From Eledone cirrhosa (taxonomy: Eukaryota): a stretch of DNA of 64,000 nucleotides. The stretch is from NCBI GenBank assembly GCA_964016885.1, contig OZ024742.1, positions 124,744,001-124,808,000 of the forward strand, written 5' to 3'. A program made the translations under genes and the position numbers. The notes beneath the pieces are model-generated. The model worked only from the letters and a program-made list of their open reading frames with translations, made no database searches and had not been told where the DNA came from. Of the stretch, positions 26,999 to 39,170 are shown piece after piece. Each line of letters opens with the position of its first letter. The first letter of the stretch is position 1.

Positions 26999-27044
<46 letters not shown>

Positions 27045-27147
27045 AGAAATGTTACCTATCGCCGTATTTTGACTAAAGAAATTAAAGAAATTATTTAGTC
27101 TGATAGTGGGGTTAAGAACCCTCGGAGAAATGGAAAAAGATGAGTAT

Positions 27148-27218
27148 TGACGTACATGGGAGTCGAACCCACATCTTTGGTTATCCGACCACTGTATTAC
27201 CATTTACACCAACACATC
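27148..27218 (-). ncRNA. tRNA-like sequence (pseudo-tRNA/SINE head), copy 1
   Basis: A box TGGTGTAAATGG, T arm GTGGG-TTCGACT-CCCAT, acceptor GATGTGT/GTACGTC, TTTTT about 10 nt downstream. Anticodon loop abnormal. Confidence 0.6.
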
Positions 27219-27417
27219 ACCCGCCTTTTTCCATTCAAATTAGAAGCTATAAACTCAGCGACTCTAATGTCAAGTAAGAATATTTTCGAAACAGCGAATG
27301 GATTTGAAATTATTAGAAATGTTAGCTATCGCCGTATTTTGAATAAAGAAATTAAAGAAATTATTTAGCCTGATAGTGGGGTTACGAACCCTCGGAGAAA
27401 TGGAAAAAGAAGAGTAT

Positions 27418-27489
27418 TGACGTACATGGGAGTCGTACCCACATCTTTGGTTATCCGGACCACTGTGCTACCATTTACACCAACATATC
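27418..27489 (-). ncRNA. tRNA-like sequence, copy 2
   Basis: D stem GTGT/GCAC, anticodon stem TGGT/ACCA with loop CCGGATA, T-loop mutated. Confidence 0.55.
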
Positions 27490-27773
27490 ACCCGCCTTTT
27501 TCCATTCAAATTAGAAGCTATAAACTTAGCGACTCTAATGTCAAGTAAGAATATTTTCGAAACAGCGAATGGATTTGAAATTATTAGAAATGTTAGCTAT
27601 CGCCGTATTTTGACTAAAGAAATTAAAGAATTTATTTAGCCTGATAGTGGGGTTAAGAACCCTCGGAGAAATGGAAAAAAGATGTGGGTTCGACTCCCAT
27701 GTACGTCAATACTCATCTTTTTCCATTTCTCCGAGGGTTCTTAACCCCACTATCAGGCTAAATACTTTCTTTA

Positions 27774-27804
<31 letters not shown>

Positions 27805-27833
27805 ATACATATATGTATATATGTATTTGTGTA

Positions 27834-27913
<80 letters not shown>

Positions 27914-27916
<3 letters not shown>

Positions 27917-28661
27917 CGTTTCTGAATTTGTTTAGCAAGATTCTTATCTGAAAACGTGTGTCGAAACCTATATTGTTAGAGTTTGGGACCGTCATGTTAC
28001 CAATAAGAAACACACGCACCAGTTGCTTTCACTTCAATATATAACAAATTTGATAATTTTTGTAAATATACATGTCATAAATTTTATAATTTCCGGTTGG
28101 TTGGGTGGTTCCACAACGGGATGGTTGTTCATATATTGTCAACTTTCTTTCGTCACACATTCTGTGACATCTTCAGTTACTGACAATTCTTTCTTTGTTT
28201 TGTGCCACTACTTTGTTATGTCCTACGCCATCTTTGTGTGTGTTGTGTGCTTTGTTTGCGCATGTGTTACATCTGGGTGTCTGTGTGTGTTTTTATTTGT
28301 TTATCTATGAACAAATAAATAAACAAATAATAAAACACACAAGCACTGGGATGTAACACATGCGCAAACCAAGCACACAACACACACAAAAACAAGATGG
28401 CGTTGGACAGGACACGGGAGAGGCACAATACAAAGAAAATAATACCCTGTCACCGAAGAGGTCACAGAATGTATGACGAAAGAACTTTGACAATATATGA
28501 ACAACCATCCGGTTGTGGAACCAACCAACCAACCTGAAATTTATAAAATTTATGAAATGAATATTTATAAAATTTATAAAATTTATAAAATTTATAATAA
28601 ATTGAAGTGAAAATAACTGGTGCGTGTGTTTCTTATTGGCAACATGACCCTCCCAATGTAT

Positions 28662-28668
<7 letters not shown>
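27914..28668. repeat. Foldback pair of pLTRs related to the 20645-24423 PLE
   Basis: 27970-28305 and 28306-28668 are diverged inverted copies of 20645-20985, flanked by (TA)n. Confidence 0.8.
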
Positions 28669-28707
<39 letters not shown>

Positions 28708-29286
28708 CTCACCCACACACACACCCCCAAAAAATGTTTTTCTCCACACGCCACCTACACCCACAACACGCTTAAACCCCACACACACGTGCTTTCCACC
28801 ACATATCTACACCCTCAGTCTCCTGATTCCTCTCCCCCCACCCCTCTATCCACACACGCACAGACACTCCGACCCCCCCCCCCCCCCCACACACACACAT
28901 ACACACACACTTCTTCCTGAACATGCAACTCCGTTCTTCCCCCAACCCTTACTTTCACATACACACACACACACACACACGCACACCTACACACACACAC
29001 CACCTTCAGCCCTCCCCGGTTGGACACCCCGTCTCCCTCTCCCCACTCCACCCGCCACCACCCCTACACACCCCACACCCTTCCATCACCTGTTTAACCC
29101 CCTTTTAATTTCAGTTTATTTTGATCATGCCTTTATTTGTAAATTTATCTCATTCCTTGTATTTTTATCATGCTTTATTTTTATTTTTATCTTTATTTTT
29201 TATTTTTTCATTCGCACCCTTTCCTTTCGCTATATGTCTCTCCACCACTCCCCTATACACCCTTTGAACTCTGTTCCCACACACTT

Positions 29287-29322
29287 CGCACCTGAGGAAG
29301 GGCTTATGCCCGAAACGTCGTC
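29287..29322 (+). ncRNA. Minimal PLE-type hammerhead motif in a solo pLTR-like segment (28705-29412)
   Basis: CTGAGGA-AGGGC-TTAT-GCCC-GAAACGTC. Stem I weak. AATAAA about 35 nt downstream. Confidence 0.65.
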
Positions 29323-29409
29323 CCCCACCAACACCCCACTCTCCAGAGCGTGAAATTAATAAACATTTGTTGTACTGCCTCTCTGTTTTGTCCCTGTTCA
29401 AATTTTTCC

Positions 29410-29447
<38 letters not shown>

Positions 29448-29923
29448 TAAACGGAATAGAAAATGCTGACAAATTGTTCACAGTTGAAAAATGGTTTAAT
29501 TAGGAATAAAAGAGTATTAGTGATTGTATGGGTTAGTATTCAGTTGTGGTTTTAAGTTTTTAAGTTATTACCGGTTGCGCATTTCTAAATGCTTTTCAAA
29601 AATAATTTTGAGATAGAGTGTCCGTGCTGTTTGCTCTGATCTGATTAGTTTTGGGAATTCTACCTGTTTTTATGTTAAAAAAATGGCTCCAGCGTTATTT
29701 TTGTGTTGTAAAAATGCTTGTGGTCAAAACAATTTTGATTGGTCGGTAGAGGTCATGTGAATGTAAAAAGTTGATTTTGCGCCAAGACTGTTTTTATGTT
29801 AAAATGTTAGAAAAGTGGCTCCAGCAAAGATTATGGTCAAAACAATTTTGATTGGTCGGTAGAGGTCATGTGGATAAAAAATTGGTTTTGCGCCAAGATT
29901 GAGAAATGACTCTTTCACAACAA

Positions 29924-29961
<38 letters not shown>

Positions 29962-30183
29962 TAGTAGTAGTAAGGTATTCGATGCTGCGACAATAGCCAC
30001 CAGCGATGTGTGTCAAATGGCTATTAAGATAAGTGTGTGTGTGTGTGTAATTATTCCTAATTAAACCATTTTTCAACTGTGAACAATTTGTCAGCATTTT
30101 CTATTCCGTTTACCAATATATAATAACTTGTGTGTTACACCTCTATTCTTTTAACTATCATATCCTCACACGAGATACAGAAA

Positions 30184-31494
30184 ATGCCAACAAAAACGGA
30201 TACAACCCTCATCAACTCAAATGAAGAGATCCTACAGGAACTCAAGAAAATCAACACCAACCTATCTTTGCTGGTCGACAAACTTGACTCCACAAATAAG
30301 GAAACCGCCACCGGATACAAACCCTCCGAAATCGGCGACAAACTCCAAAACCTTTGCGATACTATCCAAACTATGTTCACTACTACCAACCCAGGAAAAA
30401 CCAACGAAGAACCATGTGAGATTGATTCACACAAAATGAAAATTCGAACAATTCCAAAATGGAACAAATCCCTCAGAGACAGAAAGTTCTCATTCTGGAA
30501 GATGATACAAAATCACAACAAAGCAGAGATATATGAAAAATGGCTTAACTCAACCCCTCTAACTCTCCCCCGTAAACTACAAATAAAGTCCATTCCAAAT
30601 GAACCCGAACCTCAAAGACACCTTAGGGAAAGAATGGCATTGGAAAAAATGAAGACAGAAATTGAACTTCTTAAACTGAGGGCCCAGACAAATGAGGAAA
30701 AAATCAAAACCATCGATGAAGAGATCCTCCTGGAAATCAACAACAAAACTGAAGGCCCCAAGGTAGAGAAGATCTCCAAATTATGGAAAGGGGACTGCAA
30801 TAGAGAAGAACTGAAATCCCTTCAACGCTGGGAAAAAAGTGCCGCTTGGTTCCTACACTATGAATCGACTTTTCAAACGGATTACACCTCCAATAACCCG
30901 TTCATAAAAATAGGAAAACCCATAACTGAACCGCACAACAACTTCTCAAACCCCCAAGCCTCAAACAAACGAAGAAGGAAGCACCACACCGAAGATGAAC
31001 TTCCCAACCTCGCTACCATAAAAAGGAACAAAAACCCAAGAAATCATCTCCCCCAGAATGACATTTACAACTTTCCCCCTTCAAGGAGACACCATACCAA
31101 ATCACTCAACTACTACGCGGATTCCTCATCGTCAAACATAGGGAAAAGATACCACCGCCATGATAGATGCAACAACTTCCCCGCCTCAAGGGGACAGCAA
31201 GGTAATTACCATTTTCTCAACTCTCACTTCCACAATACACAACAAACCCACACCACACGATACAACCAACAACGTAGGCCACTTATAACACCACAATACA
31301 ACATGGCACATAGAAACATACACCCATACTCGCAGTACAGGAACACCCCATTCAATCTACAACCACCAACCCGAACCACATTTTACAACAACAAGGAATA
31401 TAACAAGCACAGGAGACCACTTAACATCAGCAGACAACCCCTCTACCCCAACCATTTTTTAGACACAGCACACAGATACAGGCAAACAAAATAA
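30184..31494 (+). CDS. PLE ORF1: probable coiled-coil N-terminal half, basic/low-complexity C-terminal half
   Basis: 436 open codons inside the element. Leu/Glu/Lys-rich heptad-like stretches. Ends NHFLD...K* overlapping the RT frame. Confidence 0.7.
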   Translation: MPTKTDTTLINSNEEILQELKKINTNLSLLVDKLDSTNKETATGYKPSEIGDKLQNLCDTIQTMFTTTNPGKTNEEPCEIDSHKMKIRTIPKWNKSLRDRKFSFWKMIQNHNKAEIYEKWLNSTPLTLPRKLQIKSIPNEPEPQRHLRERMALEKMKTEIELLKLRAQTNEEKIKTIDEEILLEINNKTEGPKVEKISKLWKGDCNREELKSLQRWEKSAAWFLHYESTFQTDYTSNNPFIKIGKPITEPHNNFSNPQASNKRRRKHHTEDELPNLATIKRNKNPRNHLPQNDIYNFPPSRRHHTKSLNYYADSSSSNIGKRYHRHDRCNNFPASRGQQGNYHFLNSHFHNTQQTHTTRYNQQRRPLITPQYNMAHRNIHPYSQYRNTPFNLQPPTRTTFYNNKEYNKHRRPLNISRQPLYPNHFLDTAHRYRQTK

Positions 31495-33780
31495 CACAAG
31501 ACAGGGAGGAGAAACCGATAGTAATAAAAATTATCAATCTTACTAGTGCAGAACCAACACCCAACCTTATCAACTTACTCTCCAAAGGTCTTAAATTCAC
31601 ACCGACCCCACTACGTCCTAACTACTATGAAATGAAGGAAGACATCACAGACTTCTGTAGAAAGTTACGACTTAGTGAACAACTATTCGACCAGTACAAT
31701 GAGGATGAATCATTAGCCAGAAATAGAAGCAATTACACCCCTTCAAAAGGTAGAAATAAAATCCTGGACGAATTCTGTGAACACATCACAAACTTCCCTT
31801 ACCAACACTTGCACAGACAAAAACACAAGCCAAACCTCAACAAGAAAGAATGGGAAGAATTAAATAGATTAAAAACCGACAGAACCATTACAATTAAAGA
31901 GGCTGATAAAGGGAGTACAGTAGTCCTAATGGAGACAGAATTCTATATCAACTTAGCGCTCTCCACTTTGGAAAACGAAACATACTACGAAAAGGCTGAA
32001 CACTACAATCAACAGAAAATTATGAGAAACCTAAAAACTCTAATCAACCAATACAAAGAAGGACTCACTAACAAGGAATTCAGCTTCATCACAGACTTCA
32101 TAAGTAAATCCAGCCTTTTCTACGGTATCCCTAAAGTACATAAAAGCGAATCAATCAGTAAGGCATGCAAGGAAGCCACAGACATAGTCATCAATGTCCC
32201 CTCACCCAATGATCTCAAATTAAGACCTATAATAGCAGGCCCCGCTTGCGAAACGCACCGTCTTAGCAACTTCATTGATACCCTTCTCAAACCCTTCCTC
32301 AAGCACATCAAAAGCTATATAAGGGACGACCTAGATATGCTCAATCACCTCCCTAATATGCCACTTTCTGAACAAACCCTACTAGTGACGTTCGATGTAG
32401 TCAACCTATACTCCAACATCCCCCACAACCTAGGAATAGAAGCTATCCAATTCTGGCTGGATAACTTCCACAATGAACTCCCACAACGCATCAAAAAAGA
32501 ATTCGTGATAGAGGGACTCAAATTTATCTTGGAGAACAATTACTTCGTTTTCAATAACAAACCCTACAGGCAGAAATCTGGGACCGCTATGGGAACGAAA
32601 ACAGCCCCTACGTATGCCAACCTAGTCATGGGATACCTGGAAATCACCCTCTACACTAAAGTCCTAAACAAATTTGGAAACACCCTCCACTTACACATTG
32701 AAAGGAACTGGAAGCGATATCTTGATGACTGCTTCATCCTTTGGCACGAAAACATCGAAAAACTTAAAGAATTTCACACCCTTATAAATGGGCTCAACAC
32801 AAATATTAACTTCACAATGGAATACAGCCATCAACAACTCCCCTTCCTCGACATCCTCATTAAGATCCATAACAAAAAAATAGAAACAGACATATACTAC
32901 AAGCCCACAGACTCCAAGCAATACCTCCCCTTCAACTCTTGCCACCCTAGACACGTTAAAATTAATATTCCCTACAACTTAGCCAAGAGAATCTGTACTA
33001 TAGTCTCCAATAAAAACATCTGCTACTTACGGCTACAAGAACTAAAGGACACACTCATAGGCAGGGACTACCCTGCATCACTAATTGACAATGGAATCCA
33101 ACGTGCCCTAAAACTCAGTACCCAGGACCTTAGACACCCTAAAGTAAATCAACCAAAACTAAAAGCTCTTCCATACATCTCCACACACAACCCCCTCAAC
33201 AACGAGGCCTTTGACACCATCCTCCAGAACATCCCTGTATTGAAAAAGGACCATAGAATGAACCAAATTCTACGAACACACGATATCATAAAAAGCAAAA
33301 GACAATCCAAGTCAATGAAAAACATCTTAACACATGCCAAAGTACTGCCAACCACAACAACGAAACCCACAGTAAAAAAAATGCGATAGACCCAACTGTG
33401 GCATTTGCATCAACCTAATAGAGGGTTCGGAATTCTATTTCAAAGATGGACAACGTTTTATAGTAAAACACAATTTCACATGTGCATCGGAAAATTTAAT
33501 ATATGTATTAACTTGTTCAGGTTGTCGAGAACAATACATAGGCCAGACCAAAAACAGCCTCCGCCAACGCATGACTGTCCATAGATCCCAAATTAAAATA
33601 CGGGAATACAGGAAAATACCACTGAGTGAACACATTGATACCTGCGCCGCCCAAAATCATCCCAACTTCAGAATCTTTCCCCTCTACAAATTTAAAGATA
33701 ATGCCACCCACACCCAGCGCATCAGCAAGGAATCTTACTTCATTAACAAATACGGACCCCGTCTAAACACTTCTCCCTAA
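31404..33780 (+). CDS. PLE reverse transcriptase + Cys linker + GIY-YIG endonuclease (one +1 shift in A8 run at 33374-33381)
   Basis: IINLT...LLSKGLKFTPTP, ADKG, FYGIPKVHK, LRPII, FDVVNLYSNI, GTAMG, RYLDD, LPFLD; CDRPNCGIC; LIYVLTC...YIGQT. Confidence 0.9.
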
Positions 33781-34210
33781 GACGAACCCACAACATACAC
33801 ACGTCAACATACATACCTACATCAGCACACATCTCTACCCACATATAGACACAATGACACACGTAAACACACATGCTCTATGGTGCAATACAAAAAAATA
33901 TATGTGCATATATATGTATGTATATATGTATATATATATATATATGTATGTAGTGAAAATATATATATGTATATGTGTGTGTGTGTGTGTGTGTATATAT
34001 GTGTATATAGTGAATATCATTTCACACCTTTTATTGTTAAGATTGTTGATGTTCTATTAAGAGAACCGATTTTACTGAAAAAATCGAATAATGTACACCA
34101 TTTTACCAAGGGGGGAAAAAAATACTGGTCCACCCACACACGCACACACACACACACACACATGTATACACAGACACATACACACGCGTACATCAACATA
34201 CAAAGAGACT

Positions 34211-34245
<35 letters not shown>

Positions 34246-34315
34246 GCACTTCTCCGTATAAGACAAAAGCTGAAAAATATCTTTTGACCTTCGAATGACT
34301 CTGCTGTGTGTATGT

Positions 34316-34351
<36 letters not shown>

Positions 34352-34420
34352 ATCTTAATAGCCATTTGACACACATCGCTGGTGGCTATTGTCGCAGCAT
34401 CGAATACCTTACTACTACTA

Positions 34421-34474
<54 letters not shown>

Positions 34475-34792
34475 TTGTTGTGAAAGAGTCATTTCTCAAT
34501 CTTGGCGCAAAACCAATTTTTTATCCACATGACCTCTACCGACCAATCAAAATTGTTTTGACCATAATCTTTGCTGGAGCCACTTTTCTAACATTTTAAC
34601 ATAAAAACAGTCTTGGCGCAAAATCAACTTTTTACATTCACATGACCTCTACCGACCAATCAAAATTGTTTTGACCACAAGCATTTTTACAACACAAAAA
34701 TAACGCTGGAGCCATTTTTTTAACATAAAAACAGGTAGAATTCCCAAAACTAATCAGATCAGAGCAAACAGCACGGACACTCTATCTCAAAA

Positions 34793-34832
34793 TTATTTTT
34801 GAAAAGCATTTAGAAATGCGCAACCGGTAAAA
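34793..34832 (+). ncRNA. Variant hammerhead-like motif in the pLTR (U3-A8 core, GCAA for GAAA)
   Basis: TTGAAAA-GCATTT-AG-AAATGC-GCAACCGGTA. Repeated at ~29563-29605 (-), ~45988-46025 (-) and ~46075-46110 (+). Confidence 0.45.
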
Positions 34833-35019
34833 ACTTAAAAACTTAAAACCACAACTGAATACTAACCCATACAATCACTAATACTCTTTTATTCCTAATT
34901 AAACCATTTTTCAACTGTGAACAATTTGTCAGCATTTTCTATTCCGTTTACCAATATATAATAACTTGTGTGTTACACCTCTATTCTTTTAACTATATAT
35001 ATATATATATATATATATA

Positions 35020-35800
35020 GTAATAATAATAAAATTGAAGACTAAAATCCAAAGAGGGCTCGATAAGGAAAATATATATCAAATATATAAGAACCGTAGA
35101 GCAAATATTTATTAAAATAACAGATTAAAGTTTAAGCAAAGAATCGCTGCTTTCACCCTTAACGGGATCTTCTGAAACTAACAAAGTCAATCTGTAAACG
35201 CAGAACTAGATATTTCAAAAAACATTGCAACCGGAGGAAGACAGGAAGACGATACTTTGGTTCGTGGTAACGTTCGCTGGCAAAGAACGGGAAAAAACGA
35301 ATAATACGTCATTAATAGGAGCGGTGAAAAACAATTACACGCAAAGACAAAACCACGTTTATGGTATAAAAGAGGTCGTAGACTAATGTTCTCTTAGGTG
35401 GTGCATAGAGACGTTCTCTGGCAATGAACGAAAAAACGAAGATAATAAGTCATATGTGGAGCGTGGAGAACAATAGCACGCAAAGACAAAACCACGTAAA
35501 TGGTATAGCAGAAAATGTAGACTAAAATTCTAACTAGGAGACCAAATGAATCTCCGCTACAGAGTTAAGAACAAAGTAAATAAATACAATACAGAAGTAA
35601 TAGAAACAAATAAATACATACACGCAAACAGATACGTACATACACAAGCATACGCAAAACCTTACCATGGGTATACAAAACCACGCACATATAAATATGT
35701 GTGTGTGTGTATGCTTGTGTACAAATAAATAAATAATTATATAAACGTATATAAGTAAATAAATACGCATATAACAAGCGCACACGCATACCTACATATA
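35020..35800 (-). repeat. Solo pLTR of the 40988-43457 PLE family
   Basis: Colinear with 40988-41865. A short inverted fragment also lies at 18165-18272. Confidence 0.82.
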
Positions 35801-36609
35801 TACATACATATACATATATACATACATATACATATACATAAATATATACATATACATATATATATATACATATATAATATATAATAAATACAATATCGGA
35901 GAAAGCTTTTTAGCGATACTCCGGCCAAATTCCAACTCACTCAACAAACATTAGGAAATAAGTGATTATATTCCCGATTATGCGTTCGGGGTGCTAACTA
36001 AAAGTATTGCGTGGAAAATTGGCTGTATTATTTCATATGAGACATATCGAGTATATCTCTTCCCAGGCGGACGTCTCGTTTCCTTGTTGGATTCCTACAA
36101 TTTGGGTGAAATTATACCAATTTATGTCGGAGCTTGTATACCATCAATAGATATATATTCAGTGGGCTCCTATAATTCATCAGTCGGTGCCCCAATAATA
36201 CTAATATTGATAATGTAACCAACATCAGTATTTAGCGATAATCATCATCTGTGCCTGAGGTATGTCAGGTTGCCAGTCCAGCAGTTCTAAAGAAATGCTC
36301 AAACTGATTCAAAAATGAGGAAGTAAATTACCGCCAAAAAAAATAATACATGTGCATGACAATGAACTCTAAAAGGAATTCAGGCCACGTGCTAAGAACT
36401 CAATTGGAAATTGAAAAAATATCTATGTGTGTACAACATTTGATGACACATACAGATAGTTTCACGGGCAAAATAACAGAATGAGATATAAGGAACAATC
36501 AATATTCATATACAAAAAATAAACAAAGAAAGCCTAACCTTATACCGGGAAATTTCAAATCATTTGCGCCAAGAGTATATATATACATATATATATATAT
36601 GTATACATG

Positions 36610-36649
<40 letters not shown>

Positions 36650-36651
<2 letters not shown>

Positions 36652-37200
36652 AAATAAAATAAAATATTAAGCAAATAATGAATAAACAATTCCTTATATT
36701 AAACAAAAAAAGTTCATCATTTAACGATCGTTTCTAGGGTATATATGTGTTATAATTGGTATGCATATTCAACAGATCTATGTACAAAATTATACAAAAT
36801 TATACAAATTATCAAGATTAAATATACATACCTAACACATATATACGCCGTCTTCAGAAATAATTTATTTCTGAAGACGGCGTATATATGTGTTAGGTAT
36901 GTATATTTAATCTTGATAATTTGTATAATTTTGTATAATTTTGTACATAGATCTGTTGAATATGCATACCAATTATAACACATATATACCCTAGAAACGA
37001 TCGTTAAATGATGAACTTTTTTTGTTTAATATAAGGAATTGTTTATTCATTATTTGCTTAATATTTTATCTTGACTCTGTATACCGTTTATCTTTCACCG
37101 AAAGTGGATTTTCATTACATCTCTTCTTTCCATGATATCCGGAATACATTGAGTTCTTCATACGGATTGGACACTACCGTAAACTCTTGGTAGATTTATC

Positions 37201-37205
<5 letters not shown>
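36650..37205. repeat. Family F1 foldback with a near-perfect palindrome centred at ~36864
   Basis: Arms 36660-36860 and 36868-37068 (mirror ORFs 36745/36750). Homologous to 13398-13850. Confidence 0.85.
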
Positions 37206-37239
<34 letters not shown>

Positions 37240-37249
37240 GCTTTAGTCT

Positions 37250-38330
37250 TCCCTGGCCTTTTCCTCTGAGACAAATTTAATATGTGCTGCATGCCCTATG
37301 GCAATGAATTCTTAATTAATCAGTCTTTCCAAAATAACTCTACTGGGCAGATTTATTTGAAGGTCTCTTTTGGAATCAATTTCTATTTATTTTTACAAAA
37401 GTCGAAACTGTATTGAGTTTGGGTATTTTATATAGGATGCGTATATATGGTTTTCTTATGTCCATACCTTGTTTTGACTAGTAATTCGGGATTCTATTAA
37501 AGTGTTACCTTCTGATCCTCATTGTATAAATATGCCATGTTTTGCGTAGAACATTGATTTAGAATATTTTACCATATCTTAGACGAAGTAAAATTTCTTC
37601 AAAATACATGCTACAAATTTCAATGAGTGAGTGATCTGCTTCTATTTGTTCGTGAAGCTACGTTCCTGAGAAATATTCTTGTTGTAGTCTATTTCTTTTC
37701 TAATTCTTAAATTTCTAAAAAGAAAGCCGTATCAATCCTTGATTATGTCTACCATATTAGTGCTATGGTCAGAGACTGAAGAGGGCATCATGGCAGTGGT
37801 TGGGGATTTACTCCTTAATTTGTTTAAGTATGAACAACCTAACCAGGTCCGTTACCTACCTGGAGTCACTGGAGTCCATAGTGATATCAAAATTGGGTAT
37901 ATCACTCCTAGTCCAGAGGTTCTACCGAAATGGATCAACGTATTTCTGACGGCTTGGATGATTCCTATTTCATCGCGGGTCAGTTCGGTGTCACACATAG
38001 AGAACACAAGGGCCTTATTTACAACCTCAGGCGAGATTGAAGAGCAGTAGCTAGCAATATCATGTTGATTAAAGCTAGTCCTACGCTTCTCAGGTAATAG
38101 CACAAACCAATCTATTACATCACAAGTATAGGACTATAGCTTCAATTTAGTTTTTTGTTCCTAAAAATTGGCAGAATCCTATCCAGAATGTTTTTGATGA
38201 TTACGCCTAAGCCATATATCGAAGGAGTTATTAGTATAACCAGGCGGTCAGAATCAATGTTCGGCTTGTGGTCCTTAATGGTAATCATCAGTCTGGACGG
38301 TGAGATTGATCCCTAAACTCTAATTTACTC
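37250..38330 (-). pseudogene. Degenerate PLE RT fragment (YRDD-type lineage)
   Basis: Minus strand: ITIKDHKPN, HDIASYCSSISPEVVNKAL...EIGII...RNTLI, FDITM...VTDLV. Parallels the 62925-63300 region. Confidence 0.7.
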
Positions 38331-39079
38331 ATTCAAGTCAGTTATCGTACTGGAAAAACCACTGCTGTATTCACGGGTTTTTTCATTACAAAAAAGAACA
38401 AAAAACTCGGCTTGCAGTGTAATTTGTTATATAATAGAAACATGAATTTGAAGTTTAACATCCCTTTCGAGGAGAACAAAGTGCAAAGCTGTATTTATAA
38501 CTTCTGTCACATTTTGTTTTACTTGCATGACACTACCTCATAGAACGCATAGGATCTGATTCTTCTGGTGTATCGAGGTGATTGCTTTCCTTTTATAATG
38601 CAACTGTTGTTTCCTCTGTTAAAATGATACGCCTTGCAGTGGTTGAAATGTGTTACACCGATATTATCAGGTTCAATGTGAGACGGATACCGACGTGGGT
38701 GATCATTTCAGTTCCCTCTTATATCAACCAGTATTACAATAAAAGGTACATTTGCACAACTGTAAAGATGGGCCAGCTCAGAGAAGACCACTCTAATTTA
38801 GTACCTTCAGATTTCTATAGTAAGATCTGAGTCAGAGATTTTGTTGATATTTATAACGCCGTGATAATTGGTGAAATATGTAAAGCGCAGGAAAGAAAAC
38901 AGCCTCTACTCATACAGAATAGTGAATAAGAAATGATATTCAGAAACCAATCTAAGACAGATAAATCAATGTATACGTACCAAATATATACGAGAGCACT
39001 TAAAATAACTAACTGACAAGTATATTCACTAATAAGTATGCTAAACATTAAAGTAGACTATCCAATAATCCAATAACAG

Positions 39080-39170
39080 TAACTTAGATGTCACATTTTG
39101 GTATGAACGCTAAATATTCCAGCCTTACCAGAAACCTAATGATTCAATCATATACATAGGTAATGTTTCA
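39080..39170 (+). pseudogene. Tiny PLE RT relic
   Basis: LDVTF...FQPYQKPNDSIIYI resembles FLDVTL...QPYHKPN of the other PLEs. Confidence 0.4.

Larger units (their letters stand above)
26373..27003. repeat. Family F3 pLTR-like foldback with HHR and nested SINE
   Basis: Inverted arms 26660-26825 and 26840-27003. Confidence 0.72.
27041..27770 (-). repeat. ~270-bp tandem repeat (2.4 units) containing a tRNA-like cloverleaf, with terminal inversion
   Basis: Units start at 27041, 27311 and 27582. 27680-27765 is an inverted copy. Flanked by microsatellite. Confidence 0.8.
29444..34996 (+). mobile_element. Near-intact Penelope-like element (Neptune-like) with inverted 5' pLTR, short direct pLTR and 3' pLTR
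   Basis: 29444-30048 is the reverse complement of ~34330-34955. 30052-30158 is a direct copy of 34890-34996. (TA)n on both sides; copies nearly identical. Confidence 0.92.

Noticed and set aside
27148-27489. Functional tRNA genes
   Set aside because: Anticodon loops are non-canonical and the copies differ in length; treated as tRNA-like.
33374-33381. Programmed frameshift before GIY-YIG
   Set aside because: A +1 shift in an A8 homopolymer is more simply an indel or sequencing error.
38520-38830. Short open frames on both strands
   Set aside because: No motif or splice support.
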